A DNA stretch of 64,000 nt, taken from contig NZ_CP044222.1 of NCBI RefSeq assembly GCF_008727795.1, positions 3,632,686 through 3,696,685 of the forward strand, in the 5' to 3' direction. Each line of letters begins with the position of its first letter. The first letter of the stretch is position 1. Below the pieces are notes generated by a model that ran no database searches, had not been told where the DNA came from, and saw nothing but the letters and a program-made list of their open reading frames with translations. Both the position numbers and the translations under genes were made by a program. Of this stretch, positions 1 through 11,506 are shown one piece after another. Source of the stretch: Nitrincola iocasae. Its GTDB lineage: Bacteria; Pseudomonadota; Gammaproteobacteria; Pseudomonadales; Balneatricaceae.

Positions 1-17
1 ATTATGGTGGAGATATT

Positions 18-1049
18 ATGTTTGCCTCTCCGGCAGATATATCGGAGCACCGTTTTGTTTCTAAAACATCAAAAACACTTTCGAGTCATGGGTTGGCCAA
101 TGCACGCAAAATTCCTGCACTCAGCATACTTTTTGTTTGTATTGGATCGACCATCGGAAAAGTAGCGCAAAACGCCAATTATTGCGCTACAAATCAACAA
201 ATTAACTCAATTGTTCCATTTAATGGCTATGTTAAAAACTTTATTTACTACGCGTTATATTTTTACTCTACCAAGATAGCAGCGCTCGCTGGAAAGCAAG
301 CAGTACCTATTATCAATAAGTCTTTGTTTTCTTCTTCATCAATTCTTGTTCCGTCCAAGAAGGAAGAGCAACAAAAAATCGCCGACTGCCTATCATCCCT
401 CGATGAGCTGCTCGCTGCGCAGTCAGACAAAATCGACGTCCTCAAAACCCATAAAAAGGGGCTGATGCAACAACTCTTCCCTCGCGAAGGCGAAACCATC
501 CCACGCCTACGTTTTCCCGAGTTTCGGGATACGGAGGAGTGGGAGGAGAAGCTTCTTGGAAATATGTTATCTATAGGCAACGGGCGAGATCATAAACACC
601 TTCCTGATGGTGATATTCCAGTCTATGGAACTGGTGGTTATATGCGCTCGGTCAATGACTATCTTTATGAAGGTGAAAGCGTATGTATCGGTCGTAAAGG
701 AACAATCGACAAGCCAGTATTTCTTGTAGGTAAATTCTGGACTGTTGATACACTATTCTATACGTATGCATTTAAAAAATGCCTTCCGCGATTTGTATAT
801 TCTATATTCCAAAATATTGATTGGAAAAAACACAACGAAGCGGGCGGTGTTCCAAGTCTGTCTAAAGCAAATATCGAAAAAATAAAAGTTGCGGTACCTG
901 GAATAAAAGAACAACAAAAAATCGCCGATTGCCTATCATCTCTAGATGCTCTGATTACCGCACAGACGGAAAAAATCGATGCTCTCAAAACCCACAAAAA
1001 AGGGCTGATGCAGCAGCTCTTTCCCTCTATGGATGAGGTTGAAGCGTGA
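18..1049 (+). CDS. hsdS: Type I restriction-modification specificity subunit HsdS. The reading frame is open to the window start, so the 5' end may be partial.
   Basis: Two copies of the conserved HsdS coiled-coil region (EQQKIADCLSSLDxL..Q..KID.LKTHKKGLMQQLFP) separated by a variable target-recognition domain. The 120-bp internal direct repeats typical of hsdS are present. Confidence 0.85.
   Translation: MFASPADISEHRFVSKTSKTLSSHGLANARKIPALSILFVCIGSTIGKVAQNANYCATNQQINSIVPFNGYVKNFIYYALYFYSTKIAALAGKQAVPIINKSLFSSSSILVPSKKEEQQKIADCLSSLDELLAAQSDKIDVLKTHKKGLMQQLFPREGETIPRLRFPEFRDTEEWEEKLLGNMLSIGNGRDHKHLPDGDIPVYGTGGYMRSVNDYLYEGESVCIGRKGTIDKPVFLVGKFWTVDTLFYTYAFKKCLPRFVYSIFQNIDWKKHNEAGGVPSLSKANIEKIKVAVPGIKEQQKIADCLSSLDALITAQTEKIDALKTHKKGLMQQLFPSMDEVEA
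363..1029 (+). repeat. Two direct repeats of about 120 bp inside hsdS (about 363-483 and 909-1029).
   Basis: They are near-identical by eye and encode the two conserved HsdS spacer regions. Such repeats are classical substrates for target-recognition-domain reassortment. Confidence 0.8.
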
Positions 1050-3274
1050 TCACTAAAATCAACCGACTGAACAACTTTGCCAATTATCGACAATTTCAAT
1101 GGGGAGCCAACACCAACTTTACCAAACGAAACCTCATTTACGGTTGGAACTATTCGGGAAAGACAACACTTTCAAGGCTATTTCAAGTTCTGGAAGATCC
1201 AGGCGAGCTATCTCAATGGCAGGGGTGCCAATTCGATGTTGAGCTTCAAGACGGTAGAAGATTGACGCAAAGCAATCTTGCCAACACCCCGCGCGTTAAA
1301 GTCTTCAACCGCGATTTCATCCAAAGTAATTTCCAGCAAGAGCACAAAGCGCCGGCTGTATTCATCGTGGGCGGAAACACCATCCACTTGCGCAATCGCA
1401 TTACTCGCCTGAACGAAAGTGAGGCAAAAACAACCACTATCAAAAAAAAGCGAAACGATACTTACCAGCAGCTCATAAGGGAGCTTGATTCGCTTGGAAC
1501 AACGCATGCCCGTGCTGTTGCCACACTGACCGGCGACAAAACATATAACCGCACCAAACTGAATGTCGAAATAAACCGGATCAAAGCAACACCCCACACT
1601 TTTATCCTGACAGAGGATTGCCTCCAAGCCAAGGTATCACTGCTGCGCAGTACACAAGATTGGAAAAGCATCAATCAGGTAGCAAGCTTGGCAATCAACC
1701 TAGAGGCTTTGCGTCAGGAGCTCTCTGTTGTGCTGGAAAAGACGGCCACTAATGAGGCTATAGCTAAACTAAAAGAGAATCGTGAACTGGAGTCCTGGAT
1801 TCGTGCGGGTCTGACGCACCACACGGATTCTGCAGAATGCGAGTTTTGTGGTTCAGCTATCACTGATGAGCGACTGTCGACCTTGCAAAGACACTTTTCC
1901 AAAGCATATGAAGATTTGACATCAGAAGTGGCATCCCAATTGGCAAGGATTGAAAATACAGAGTTCATTATCACACTCCCTGACGAACGTGATTTCATGC
2001 CTGACCTCAAAGCGCCGTTTGCTTTGCTCAAATCAAGAATTACAGATTGGATTACTTGGGCCAATACTGTCATCGCCGAATTCACAACACTTGCTAAACA
2101 CAAGCAGCTATCCCTTGAATCACAAATTAGTTGTGCTGTGGATACTGGTCGAGCCTCTGAGATTACTCAAATCATTTTGGACATTAACTCGCTTGTCAAA
2201 ACTCACAATCAAAAGTGCATGCAAATTGAAAAAGAAAAAGTTGCCGCCAAAGATGCTATCGAAAAGCATCAAGCGGCGAGTTTTTATCAAAACAATAATA
2301 TTTCAGACAGAGAGGTAGAGATCCAAAAGGTCAATGACAAGGTAACTAAGGCCCAAAATTTATTGATGCGTATCGCCGGTAAAAAGGCTGCAATCGAAGT
2401 GCAGATTCAGCAGCAGTCCATCGCTGCACAAAAAATTGATGAAACGGTTCAGTTTCTTTTACCCGACAATAACATTTCAGTTGCAGAAGTACAGGGTGGT
2501 TCCTTTGAGTTCCGACGTGGTAGCTCGCTAGCCAATAATCTTAGCGAAGGCGAAAAAACTGCGATAACCTTCGCTTACTTTCTCACTACTCTTGAAAACA
2601 ATGGCTCATCATTGAGTCAGACCATCGTCTTCATCGACGACCCTATCTCAAGCCTAGATTCAAATCATATCTACGCCATTTACGCGTTGATCACCAAGCG
2701 GCTGGACCCGTGCCTGCAAATTTTCGTAGCCACTCATAACAACGAGCTTTACACTCTACTTAAAGACCACTGGTTCGAAGCAAGGCAACAGTTTTCCAAT
2801 CGAGATAATGCCTGCACATATTACACACGACGATTCCTTGATAGCGCCAATCACAAATGGAACTCAACGCTGGAAGATACTCCTGATCTACTGCGGAAAT
2901 ACAAATCTGAATATCAGTTTATTTTTGAACAGCTACATAAATTTTCATCATCTCAGGCTCCCTCGCTTCATGAGGCATACACTGCTCCCAACTTGCTGCG
3001 CAAATTTCTTGAAGCCTACCTCGGTTTCAAAAAACCGTGTATATCACAGTGGTCCAGAAAATTGGATCTGTTGTTTGACTCTGATATTAATCGGACTGAA
3101 ATACAAAAATTCTCAGATGATGCATCACACCTGCAAGGCTTAAATCGTGCACTGCAACAGCCAGACTTCATTTCCAATGCACAGAACACCGTCAAGAAGG
3201 TCCTTAAAGCTCTAAAAGACAAAGACCCCCAGCATTACACATCCATGTGCACCGTTATTGGCGTTACACCTTGA
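1046..3274 (+). CDS. RloC-like ABC-type ATPase with an inserted coiled-coil/CxxC zinc hook. Candidate anticodon nuclease.
   Basis: Walker A GWNYSGKTTLSRLF near the N-terminus. Long coiled-coil region with CEFCGS (CxxC hook). Walker B/D-loop IFIDDPISSLDSNH at about aa 527, followed by a C-terminal domain of about 200 aa. GTG start overlaps the hsdS stop. The architecture matches the RloC/PrrC family, which is known to sit inside type I R-M loci. Confidence 0.6.
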   Translation: MITKINRLNNFANYRQFQWGANTNFTKRNLIYGWNYSGKTTLSRLFQVLEDPGELSQWQGCQFDVELQDGRRLTQSNLANTPRVKVFNRDFIQSNFQQEHKAPAVFIVGGNTIHLRNRITRLNESEAKTTTIKKKRNDTYQQLIRELDSLGTTHARAVATLTGDKTYNRTKLNVEINRIKATPHTFILTEDCLQAKVSLLRSTQDWKSINQVASLAINLEALRQELSVVLEKTATNEAIAKLKENRELESWIRAGLTHHTDSAECEFCGSAITDERLSTLQRHFSKAYEDLTSEVASQLARIENTEFIITLPDERDFMPDLKAPFALLKSRITDWITWANTVIAEFTTLAKHKQLSLESQISCAVDTGRASEITQIILDINSLVKTHNQKCMQIEKEKVAAKDAIEKHQAASFYQNNNISDREVEIQKVNDKVTKAQNLLMRIAGKKAAIEVQIQQQSIAAQKIDETVQFLLPDNNISVAEVQGGSFEFRRGSSLANNLSEGEKTAITFAYFLTTLENNGSSLSQTIVFIDDPISSLDSNHIYAIYALITKRLDPCLQIFVATHNNELYTLLKDHWFEARQQFSNRDNACTYYTRRFLDSANHKWNSTLEDTPDLLRKYKSEYQFIFEQLHKFSSSQAPSLHEAYTAPNLLRKFLEAYLGFKKPCISQWSRKLDLLFDSDINRTEIQKFSDDASHLQGLNRALQQPDFISNAQNTVKKVLKALKDKDPQHYTSMCTVIGVTP

Positions 3275-3447
3275 TTTTTATATTTAACAAATTAGGAATT
3301 GAGTAAAACCATGATCAGTCGAGATCAAGAGAAATTAGGCAATACCCTGTGGGATAGGGTGGATTGTCTTTCCAACATCAACGAATACAAGATCCCAATA
3401 ACAGAACTGATGCTACAACCGTTACCCAGTTCAGAAGCTGTGAACCT

Positions 3448-4452
3448 ATGAATGAGCTGATCCTCTACACCACCGAAGACGGCCAAAGCCAAATACAATT
3501 ACGGGCTGATAATGGCACTGTCTGGCTTACTCAGTTGGAAATGGCGGAATTATTTCTGACCTCTAAGCAGAACATTGCCAAGCACCTTAAAGCCATCTTT
3601 TCCGAGGAAGAGTTAATCCAGGATTCAGTTGTCAACCACTGGTTGACAACTGCCGCTGACGGCAAGAGCTACCGCGTTGCGCATTATAACCTCGATGCCA
3701 TTCTGGCCGTAGGTTATCGGGTACGTTCACCGCGTGGAGTGCAGTTCCGCCGCTGGGCCAGCACAGTACTTAGCGAGTTCCTGCGCAAAGGCTTTGTGAT
3801 GGATGATGATCGACTCAAGAATCCTGATGGCCGTCCGGATTACTTCGATGAAATGCTGTCACGCATCCGGGATATTCGTGCCTCGGAAAAACGTTTTTAC
3901 CAAAAAGTGCGTGAACTATTTGCCCTTAGTAGTGATTACGATAAAACAGATAAAAGTACCCAGCAGTTTTTTGCTACTGTACAGAACTTGTTGCTCTATG
4001 CTGTTACCCAGAAGACCGCAGCCGAATTAATTACTGAGCGCGCCAATCCTGATGACTCACATTTTGGCCTGTTGAGCTGGAAGGGATCGAAAGTGCGCAA
4101 ACAAGATATTCTGATTGCCAAGAATTACTTGAACGAAGATGAAATAGATACCCTTAACCGGTTAGTGGTGATCTTCCTGGAAACCGCCGAGCTGCGTGCC
4201 AAGAGTCGTATCGAAACTCGCATGGCTTTCTGGCAGGCACGTGTTGGCGACATTATTAGTCAAAATGGCTTTCCGTTACTGACAGATGCTGGAACAATCA
4301 GCCATACACAGATGGAGCTAACCACCAGCGAACTCTACTCTGACTTTGATCAACGCCGAAAAGCACAAGAAGCGATCGTCGCTGATCAAACAGATGAAAC
4401 TGCGTTAAAAGCGCTGGAAGACAAACTCAAACGCAGACCGGGAGATAAATGA
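3448..4452 (+). CDS. rhuM: RhuM-family virulence/defence-island protein.
   Basis: N-terminus MNELILYTTEDGQSQIQLRADNGTVWLTQLEMAELF is typical of the RhuM family. Start chosen at the internal ATG at 3448 rather than the ORF-track start at 3364. The stop overlaps the next gene as ATGA. Confidence 0.75.
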   Translation: MNELILYTTEDGQSQIQLRADNGTVWLTQLEMAELFLTSKQNIAKHLKAIFSEEELIQDSVVNHWLTTAADGKSYRVAHYNLDAILAVGYRVRSPRGVQFRRWASTVLSEFLRKGFVMDDDRLKNPDGRPDYFDEMLSRIRDIRASEKRFYQKVRELFALSSDYDKTDKSTQQFFATVQNLLLYAVTQKTAAELITERANPDDSHFGLLSWKGSKVRKQDILIAKNYLNEDEIDTLNRLVVIFLETAELRAKSRIETRMAFWQARVGDIISQNGFPLLTDAGTISHTQMELTTSELYSDFDQRRKAQEAIVADQTDETALKALEDKLKRRPGDK

Positions 4453-5567
4453 GTAGCCAAACCTTTGAATTTGTCAGCTTGGCAAGTGTTGCTGAACATC
4501 TACGTGAAAAGCTTGAGCAGAAGAAATATGTTCTATTGTTCGCTTACAACGGGACAGGCAAAACACGCTTGTCCATGGCTTTTAAGGATCAGTGCAAGCA
4601 AGGCGAGGAGGAGTCAGCAGCCCGCGATACCTTATACTTCAACGCATTTACTGAAGACCTGTTCAATTGGGATAACGATCTGGATGGCAATTCACACCGA
4701 TTGCTTCGCATGAATACCGATTCACGTTTTTTTAGTGGCCTTCAAGAGCTGGAAATGGAAAACCGAATCCGCCCACTGTTACGCCGCTATGCGGATTTTG
4801 ATTTCTTCATCGATTACGAAATGAATGTGGTGAACTTTGTTCGTGAAGTGCCCTCTGTAGAAGGTACTGAAATGGTTGAGCACATTAAAGTTTCACGCGG
4901 CGAGGAAAATATCTTTATCTGGTGCTTTTTTCTCGCTGTCGCTCAATTGGCTGTGGACGAGCAAGAAGCCTATGATTGGGTGAAGTATCTCTATATCGAC
5001 GATCCCATTTCATCGTTAGACGACAACAATGCCATTGCGGTTGCCAGTCATTTGGCCCAGTTGCTAAAGGGAAGCAATGAGAAGATTCGAACTGTCATTT
5101 CCTCCCATCACCACCTGTTCTTTAATGTGATGTGTAATGAGTTAGGCAAAGCCGAAAAATACTTCCTGAGCAAAGAAGCAAGTAGTTACCTTTTGACTAA
5201 TACCGGTGAAACACCGCGCTACCATCATATTGCTTTGCTAAAACAGCTGCACAAGGTTGCTGAGTCTGGCGAGATTTACACTTACCATTTCAACATACTC
5301 CGAAGTATTTTAGAGAAAACAGCCACTTTTCATGGCTTCAAACATTTTTCAGATTGCATCAAGCAGGATAACGATGACTCTGATGGCATACTTCACACAC
5401 GACTGGTGAATGTGTTAAGCCATGGCAATTATTCCCTTTATGAGCCGCAGCAGATGTTGTCTGAAAACAAGGAATACTTCCGTAAAATTCTGCGGGGCTT
5501 TATGAACAACTACCGCTTTAACCCGGAACTTTTTCCGGTATCTGATCAAGAGAATGCGAATACATGA
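4449..5567 (+). CDS. PrrC-like short ABC-type ATPase. Possible anticodon nuclease or RhuM-associated AAA ATPase.
   Basis: Walker A AYNGTGKTRLS at aa 33 and Walker B/D-loop YLYIDDPISSLDDNN at about aa 184. Length 372 aa, about the size of PrrC. ATGA overlaps with rhuM upstream and hsdM downstream indicate translational coupling. Confidence 0.5.
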   Translation: MSSQTFEFVSLASVAEHLREKLEQKKYVLLFAYNGTGKTRLSMAFKDQCKQGEEESAARDTLYFNAFTEDLFNWDNDLDGNSHRLLRMNTDSRFFSGLQELEMENRIRPLLRRYADFDFFIDYEMNVVNFVREVPSVEGTEMVEHIKVSRGEENIFIWCFFLAVAQLAVDEQEAYDWVKYLYIDDPISSLDDNNAIAVASHLAQLLKGSNEKIRTVISSHHHLFFNVMCNELGKAEKYFLSKEASSYLLTNTGETPRYHHIALLKQLHKVAESGEIYTYHFNILRSILEKTATFHGFKHFSDCIKQDNDDSDGILHTRLVNVLSHGNYSLYEPQQMLSENKEYFRKILRGFMNNYRFNPELFPVSDQENANT

Positions 5568-7174
5568 CCAAAGAACAGCTCAGCCAATTAGGCAAAACCC
5601 TCTGGGGTATTGCCGACGACCTGCGCGGTGCAATGAACGCCGACGATTTTCGCGACTACATGTTGTCGTTTCTGTTTTTGCGCTACCTGTCTGATAATTA
5701 CGAAACGGCTGCCAAAAAAGAACTAGGGTCTGATTACCCTAAGCTGGAAAAAGAAGACCGTCGTGCACCCTTGGTAGTTTGGTATCAAGAGAATGCTGAG
5801 GATGTTGTTGAATTTGAAAAACAGATGCGCCGTAAGATGCACTATGTCATCCACCCGGATTACTTATGGAGCAGTATTGCCGAGCAGGCTCGCACCCAAA
5901 ATGCTGAATTGCTGCAAACCCTGGTACGCGGTTTCAAGTACATTGAAAACGAGTCTTTTGCCAGTACATTTCAGGGGTTGTTCTCGGAAATCAATTTACA
6001 TTCTGAAAAGCTGGGCAGAAGTGCAACTGATCGCAATAAAAAACTCTGCACTATCATTAGCAAGATCGCGGAAGGCATAGCTAAGTTTTCAACAGACAGC
6101 GATATGCTAGGCGATGCTTATGAGTACCTGATTGGCCAGTTTGCTGCGGGCTCAGGCAAGAAGGCCGGAGAATTTTATACACCGCAAACCGTCTCTACCA
6201 TTCTGTCTCGCATTGTCACCCTGGATAGCCAAGACCCCTCCACGGGTAAAAAGAAAAAGCTAAACCGTGTGCTGGACTTCGCTTGTGGCTCTGGTTCCCT
6301 GCTGTTGAATGTACGTAAACAGATGGGACCGCATGGCATCGGCATGATCTATGGCCAGGAAAAGAACATCACCACCTATAACCTTGCCCGCATGAACATG
6401 CTGCTACACGGCATGAAGGATACTGAGTTTGAAATCCATCATGGTGACACACTGGAAAACGATTGGGACATTCTTAATGAGATGAACCCGGCCAAGAAAC
6501 TCCAATGCGATGCTGTCGTGGCGAATCCACCCTTCAGCTACCGTTGGGAACCCAACGAGGTAATGGCTGAAGACTTCCGCTTCAAAAGCCACGGTCTTGC
6601 ACCTAAGTCTGCAGCAGACTTCGCCTTTTTGCTGCACGGCTTCCACTTCCTGAGCGACGAAGGCACCATGGCGATCATCCTACCCCACGGCGTATTGTTC
6701 CGGGGTGGCTCAGAAGCGCGAATTCGTACCAAATTGCTTAAGGATGGGCACATCGACACAGTAATTGGCTTGCCTGCCAATTTGTTTTTCTCCACCGGAA
6801 TCCCAGTCTGCATTCTGGTACTAAAAAAATGCAAAAAGCCGGATGATGTGCTTTTTATTAATGCCAGTAGCGAAGATAATTTTGAGAAAGGCAAACGGCA
6901 GAATTATTTACGGAAGGAAGATATCGACAAAATCATAGATACCTACCAATACCGTAAAGAAGCAGAGCGCTATGCTCGTCGAGTTAGCATGGCGGAGATA
7001 GAGAGGAATGACTACAACCTTAATATCACCCGCTATGTCAGCACGGCCAAAACCGAACCAGACATAGATCTGACAGCTGTTTATTCACAACTGACTGACT
7101 TAGAAGAGCGTATTGCCAAGGCTGCCGAGACACACAACAAATATTTGAAAGAGCTTGGCTTGCCGCCAGTATAA
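5564..7174 (+). CDS. hsdM: Type I restriction-modification DNA methyltransferase subunit HsdM.
   Basis: HsdM_N domain (LWGIADDLRGAMNADDFRDYMLSFLFLRYLSD). SAM motif I DFACGSGSLLL. Catalytic NPPF motif VVANPPFSYRW. Confidence 0.9.
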   Translation: MTKEQLSQLGKTLWGIADDLRGAMNADDFRDYMLSFLFLRYLSDNYETAAKKELGSDYPKLEKEDRRAPLVVWYQENAEDVVEFEKQMRRKMHYVIHPDYLWSSIAEQARTQNAELLQTLVRGFKYIENESFASTFQGLFSEINLHSEKLGRSATDRNKKLCTIISKIAEGIAKFSTDSDMLGDAYEYLIGQFAAGSGKKAGEFYTPQTVSTILSRIVTLDSQDPSTGKKKKLNRVLDFACGSGSLLLNVRKQMGPHGIGMIYGQEKNITTYNLARMNMLLHGMKDTEFEIHHGDTLENDWDILNEMNPAKKLQCDAVVANPPFSYRWEPNEVMAEDFRFKSHGLAPKSAADFAFLLHGFHFLSDEGTMAIILPHGVLFRGGSEARIRTKLLKDGHIDTVIGLPANLFFSTGIPVCILVLKKCKKPDDVLFINASSEDNFEKGKRQNYLRKEDIDKIIDTYQYRKEAERYARRVSMAEIERNDYNLNITRYVSTAKTEPDIDLTAVYSQLTDLEERIAKAAETHNKYLKELGLPPV

Positions 7175-7387
7175 TCGCACCAACTTAATGCCCTCCCATT
7201 TCCGAAGCACCAATTTGGTGCTTCGACTGCACTCCAAACGAACGTCACTGCACAGTTTTCGATATTTGATGAATGGCACACTCCTTGCAAAATGTCTTTA
7301 AACAAAGGCATGCAATCCTGTCAAACTGACACTGATTGTTAAATGCGCTTCAGCCTCCAAGACAGGCACTAACAAGAGACACTGAGT

Positions 7388-7690
7388 ATGGAACTGTCAC
7401 CCCGCGAAAAAGATAAACTTTTACTGTTTACCGCTGCACTGGTTGCCGAACGCCGCAAGGAGCGTGGCGTAAAGCTCAACTACCCCGAGTCTGTTGCCTA
7501 TATCAGTGCCGCCATTATGGAAGGTGCACGGGATGGGCGTACTGTCGCTGAACTGATGGACTTCGGTCGTACCCTGCTAACCAGTGATGACGTTATGGAT
7601 GGCATTCCCGATATGCTGCCGGAAGTGCAGATCGAAGCGACATTTCCAGATGGCACCAAATTGGTAACTATTCACGACCCGATTGTTTAA
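7388..7690 (+). CDS. ureA: Urease gamma subunit.
   Basis: [34 protein letters not shown] is the canonical UreA sequence. Confidence 0.95.
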   Translation: MELSPREKDKLLLFTAALVAERRKERGVKLNYPESVAYISAAIMEGARDGRTVAELMDFGRTLLTSDDVMDGIPDMLPEVQIEATFPDGTKLVTIHDPIV

Positions 7691-7701
7691 GGGAGCCCGA
7701 T

Positions 7702-8007
7702 ATGATTCCTGGAGAAATGAAAGTTGCTGAAGGCGATATTGAACTGAACGCAGGGCGTGAGACGCGACAGGTCAGCGTGGCGAACACCGGTGATCGACCG
7801 GTTCAAATTGGCTCGCACTATCACTTTTACGAAGCCAATAACGCCTTGGTATTTGATCGCGAAACCACACGGGGTTTTCGACTCAATATCGCCGCTGGCA
7901 CAGCGGTTCGTTTTGAGCCAGGACAGAGCCGTACCGTGGAACTGGTGGCTTATGCCGGTGAGCGACGGGTGTTCGGCTTTCAGGGCAAAATACAGGGCGA
8001 TCTATAA
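7702..8007 (+). CDS. ureB: Urease beta subunit.
   Basis: MIPGE...[17 protein letters not shown] is the canonical UreB sequence. Confidence 0.95.
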   Translation: MIPGEMKVAEGDIELNAGRETRQVSVANTGDRPVQIGSHYHFYEANNALVFDRETTRGFRLNIAAGTAVRFEPGQSRTVELVAYAGERRVFGFQGKIQGDL

Positions 8008-8025
8008 CCAAGTCAGGAGCAGCAC

Positions 8026-9729
<1,704 letters not shown>

Positions 9730-9758
9730 TCGCACCACAGCAACTCAACGGACAGAAC

Positions 9759-10235
9759 ATGATTCGACTCACTGAAAAACTGGACAGCCCGCAACCGACT
9801 GATGTCAGCCTGAGCCTGAGTATCGATCAGCGTATCCGCAGCCGCCTCAAGGTGCAGCTGGATGATGGCCGTGATGCCGGACTGTTTCTGCCACGCGGTC
9901 TGATTCTGCGAGGTGGAGACTGCTTACGTAGCGAATGTGGGCTCATAGTGCTAGTGAAAGCCTCACCAGAAACCGTTTCAACCGTGCGTTGTGACGACAC
10001 TTTACTGTTAACTCGCGTGAGCTATCACCTGGGTAACCGCCATGTCCCCCTGCAGATAGCACTTGGTTTTGTGCGCTACCAGCATGACCATGTGCTGGAT
10101 GCCATGGTCGAGGGCCTGGGCGTGAGTGTGATCTGCGAACAACAACCCTTTGAACCCGAAGCCGGTGCTTATAGCAGTGAGAGCGGTCACCATCATGGTC
10201 ACAGCCATGCTCATGACCACTCGCATACGCATTAA
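9759..10235 (+). CDS. ureE: Urease accessory protein UreE with a His-rich C-terminal tail.
   Basis: Position in the operon and the C-terminal HHHGHSHAHDHSHTH nickel-binding tail. Confidence 0.9.
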   Translation: MIRLTEKLDSPQPTDVSLSLSIDQRIRSRLKVQLDDGRDAGLFLPRGLILRGGDCLRSECGLIVLVKASPETVSTVRCDDTLLLTRVSYHLGNRHVPLQIALGFVRYQHDHVLDAMVEGLGVSVICEQQPFEPEAGAYSSESGHHHGHSHAHDHSHTH

Positions 10236-10258
10236 TCTGACTGATAAAGGAACGTCCC

Positions 10259-10816
10259 ATGAAAACCACCTACACCTTCGCTATCACGGCCGCTCTGATG
10301 CTGGTTTCGCCCATGCTGCTGGCGCATTCCGGTCAGGATCACAGCCACAGCAGCTTTATTTCCGGCCTGCTGCATCCGCTCACCGGTCTTGACCACCTGA
10401 CCATGCTGTTGGGGATAGGCGCATTGGGCGCCTGGCAGTCGGTAAAACAACGTACCCAGTTGTATACCGGCACTTTAGGCATCCTGTTTGCCGGTGCGAT
10501 GCTGGGACTGCTGACTGGGTTTGGCACCGGAATCGAAGTGATGATTGTAGCCTCCATGTTCCTGATTGCTGTTGCGCTGTTCTTTGCCGCCCGTGGCCTG
10601 CTGCCGATGATCGCTGCACTGGCGCTGGTAATGTTCCACGGTTGGGCCCATGGACTGGAAATGCCCGCAGGCGGTGTCTTTACCTTTATGCCTGGCATGC
10701 TGATCATGGCGGCGCTGATCCTGGCGGCAGGCTTCGCCCTGGGTAAGACCTTTCAGCCCAAGTGGCTGGGCGCTGGCAGTGGTGCAGCGGCATTGTTGAT
10801 TACTCTGCTGGGTTAA
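10259..10816 (+). CDS. ureJ: HupE/UreJ-family nickel transporter.
   Basis: Signal peptide followed by an HSGQDHSHS His-rich motif and multiple TM helices. Embedded in the ure operon. Confidence 0.85.
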   Translation: MKTTYTFAITAALMLVSPMLLAHSGQDHSHSSFISGLLHPLTGLDHLTMLLGIGALGAWQSVKQRTQLYTGTLGILFAGAMLGLLTGFGTGIEVMIVASMFLIAVALFFAARGLLPMIAALALVMFHGWAHGLEMPAGGVFTFMPGMLIMAALILAAGFALGKTFQPKWLGAGSGAAALLITLLG

Positions 10817-10820
10817 TATC

Positions 10821-11486
10821 ATGCTACCCAGCCTGCGCCTCTATCAGCTCATCAGCCCCTCTTTGCCTATCGGTGCATTCACCTATTCGCAAGGCCTGGA
10901 GTGGGCCATAGAGGCGGGCTGGGTCACAGATCAGCCAAGCCTGTATGCCTGGCTGGAAAGTGTACTCAAGCACAGTGTCGGCACCCTGGAGTTACCGGTA
11001 TTAATCCGGCTGCATCAGGGTTTTGCACAGGCCGATAGCCAGCAGATCGATTACTGGTGCCAGTACCTCTGTGCCAGCCGGGAAACAGCCGAACTGCGTG
11101 CGGAAGAGTCGCAGCGCGGTAAGGCGTTAGCGGTATTGCTACCGTCGCTGGGCATAGAAATTCCGCCATCCAGTATCGATGCCGTCAAGTCGACACAGCT
11201 GGCGGGTATGGCGCTGGCCGCACAGCATTGGCAGATTCCGCTGGATGAGCTCTGCAGTGGCTACTTATGGAGCTGGCTGGAAAACAGCGTAATGGCGGGA
11301 GTTAAACTGGTGCCATTGGGGCAAACCAGCGGCCAGCAACTACTGCTCAGCCTGTCTGAAACCCTGCCCGAATTACAACAGCAAGCGCTGGCTATTACCG
11401 ATGAGTCCATAGCCGGTTGCACCCCGGCACTGGCCATCGCCAGCGCCTGCCATGAAACACAATATACGCGTTTATTTCGCTCCTAA
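10821..11486 (+). CDS. ureF: Urease accessory protein UreF.
   Basis: N-terminus LRLYQLISPSLPIGAFTYSQGLEWAIE is typical of UreF. Operon position. Confidence 0.85.
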   Translation: MLPSLRLYQLISPSLPIGAFTYSQGLEWAIEAGWVTDQPSLYAWLESVLKHSVGTLELPVLIRLHQGFAQADSQQIDYWCQYLCASRETAELRAEESQRGKALAVLLPSLGIEIPPSSIDAVKSTQLAGMALAAQHWQIPLDELCSGYLWSWLENSVMAGVKLVPLGQTSGQQLLLSLSETLPELQQQALAITDESIAGCTPALAIASACHETQYTRLFRS

Positions 11487-11506
11487 TCTGTTAACAGGAC
11501 CACATC

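Noticed and set aside
263-1099. Two minus-strand ORFs (263-580 and 758-1099) with similar GKSCCISPFLWVLR sequences.
   Set aside because: They are antisense translations of the two hsdS internal repeats. The similarity merely reflects the repeat.
7204-7224. GAAGCACC-AATTT-GGTGCTTC hairpin after hsdM, as a possible intrinsic terminator.
   Set aside because: The stem is good but no U-tract follows. At best it is a weak or Rho-assisted terminator or an RNA stability element. It is not reported as a feature.
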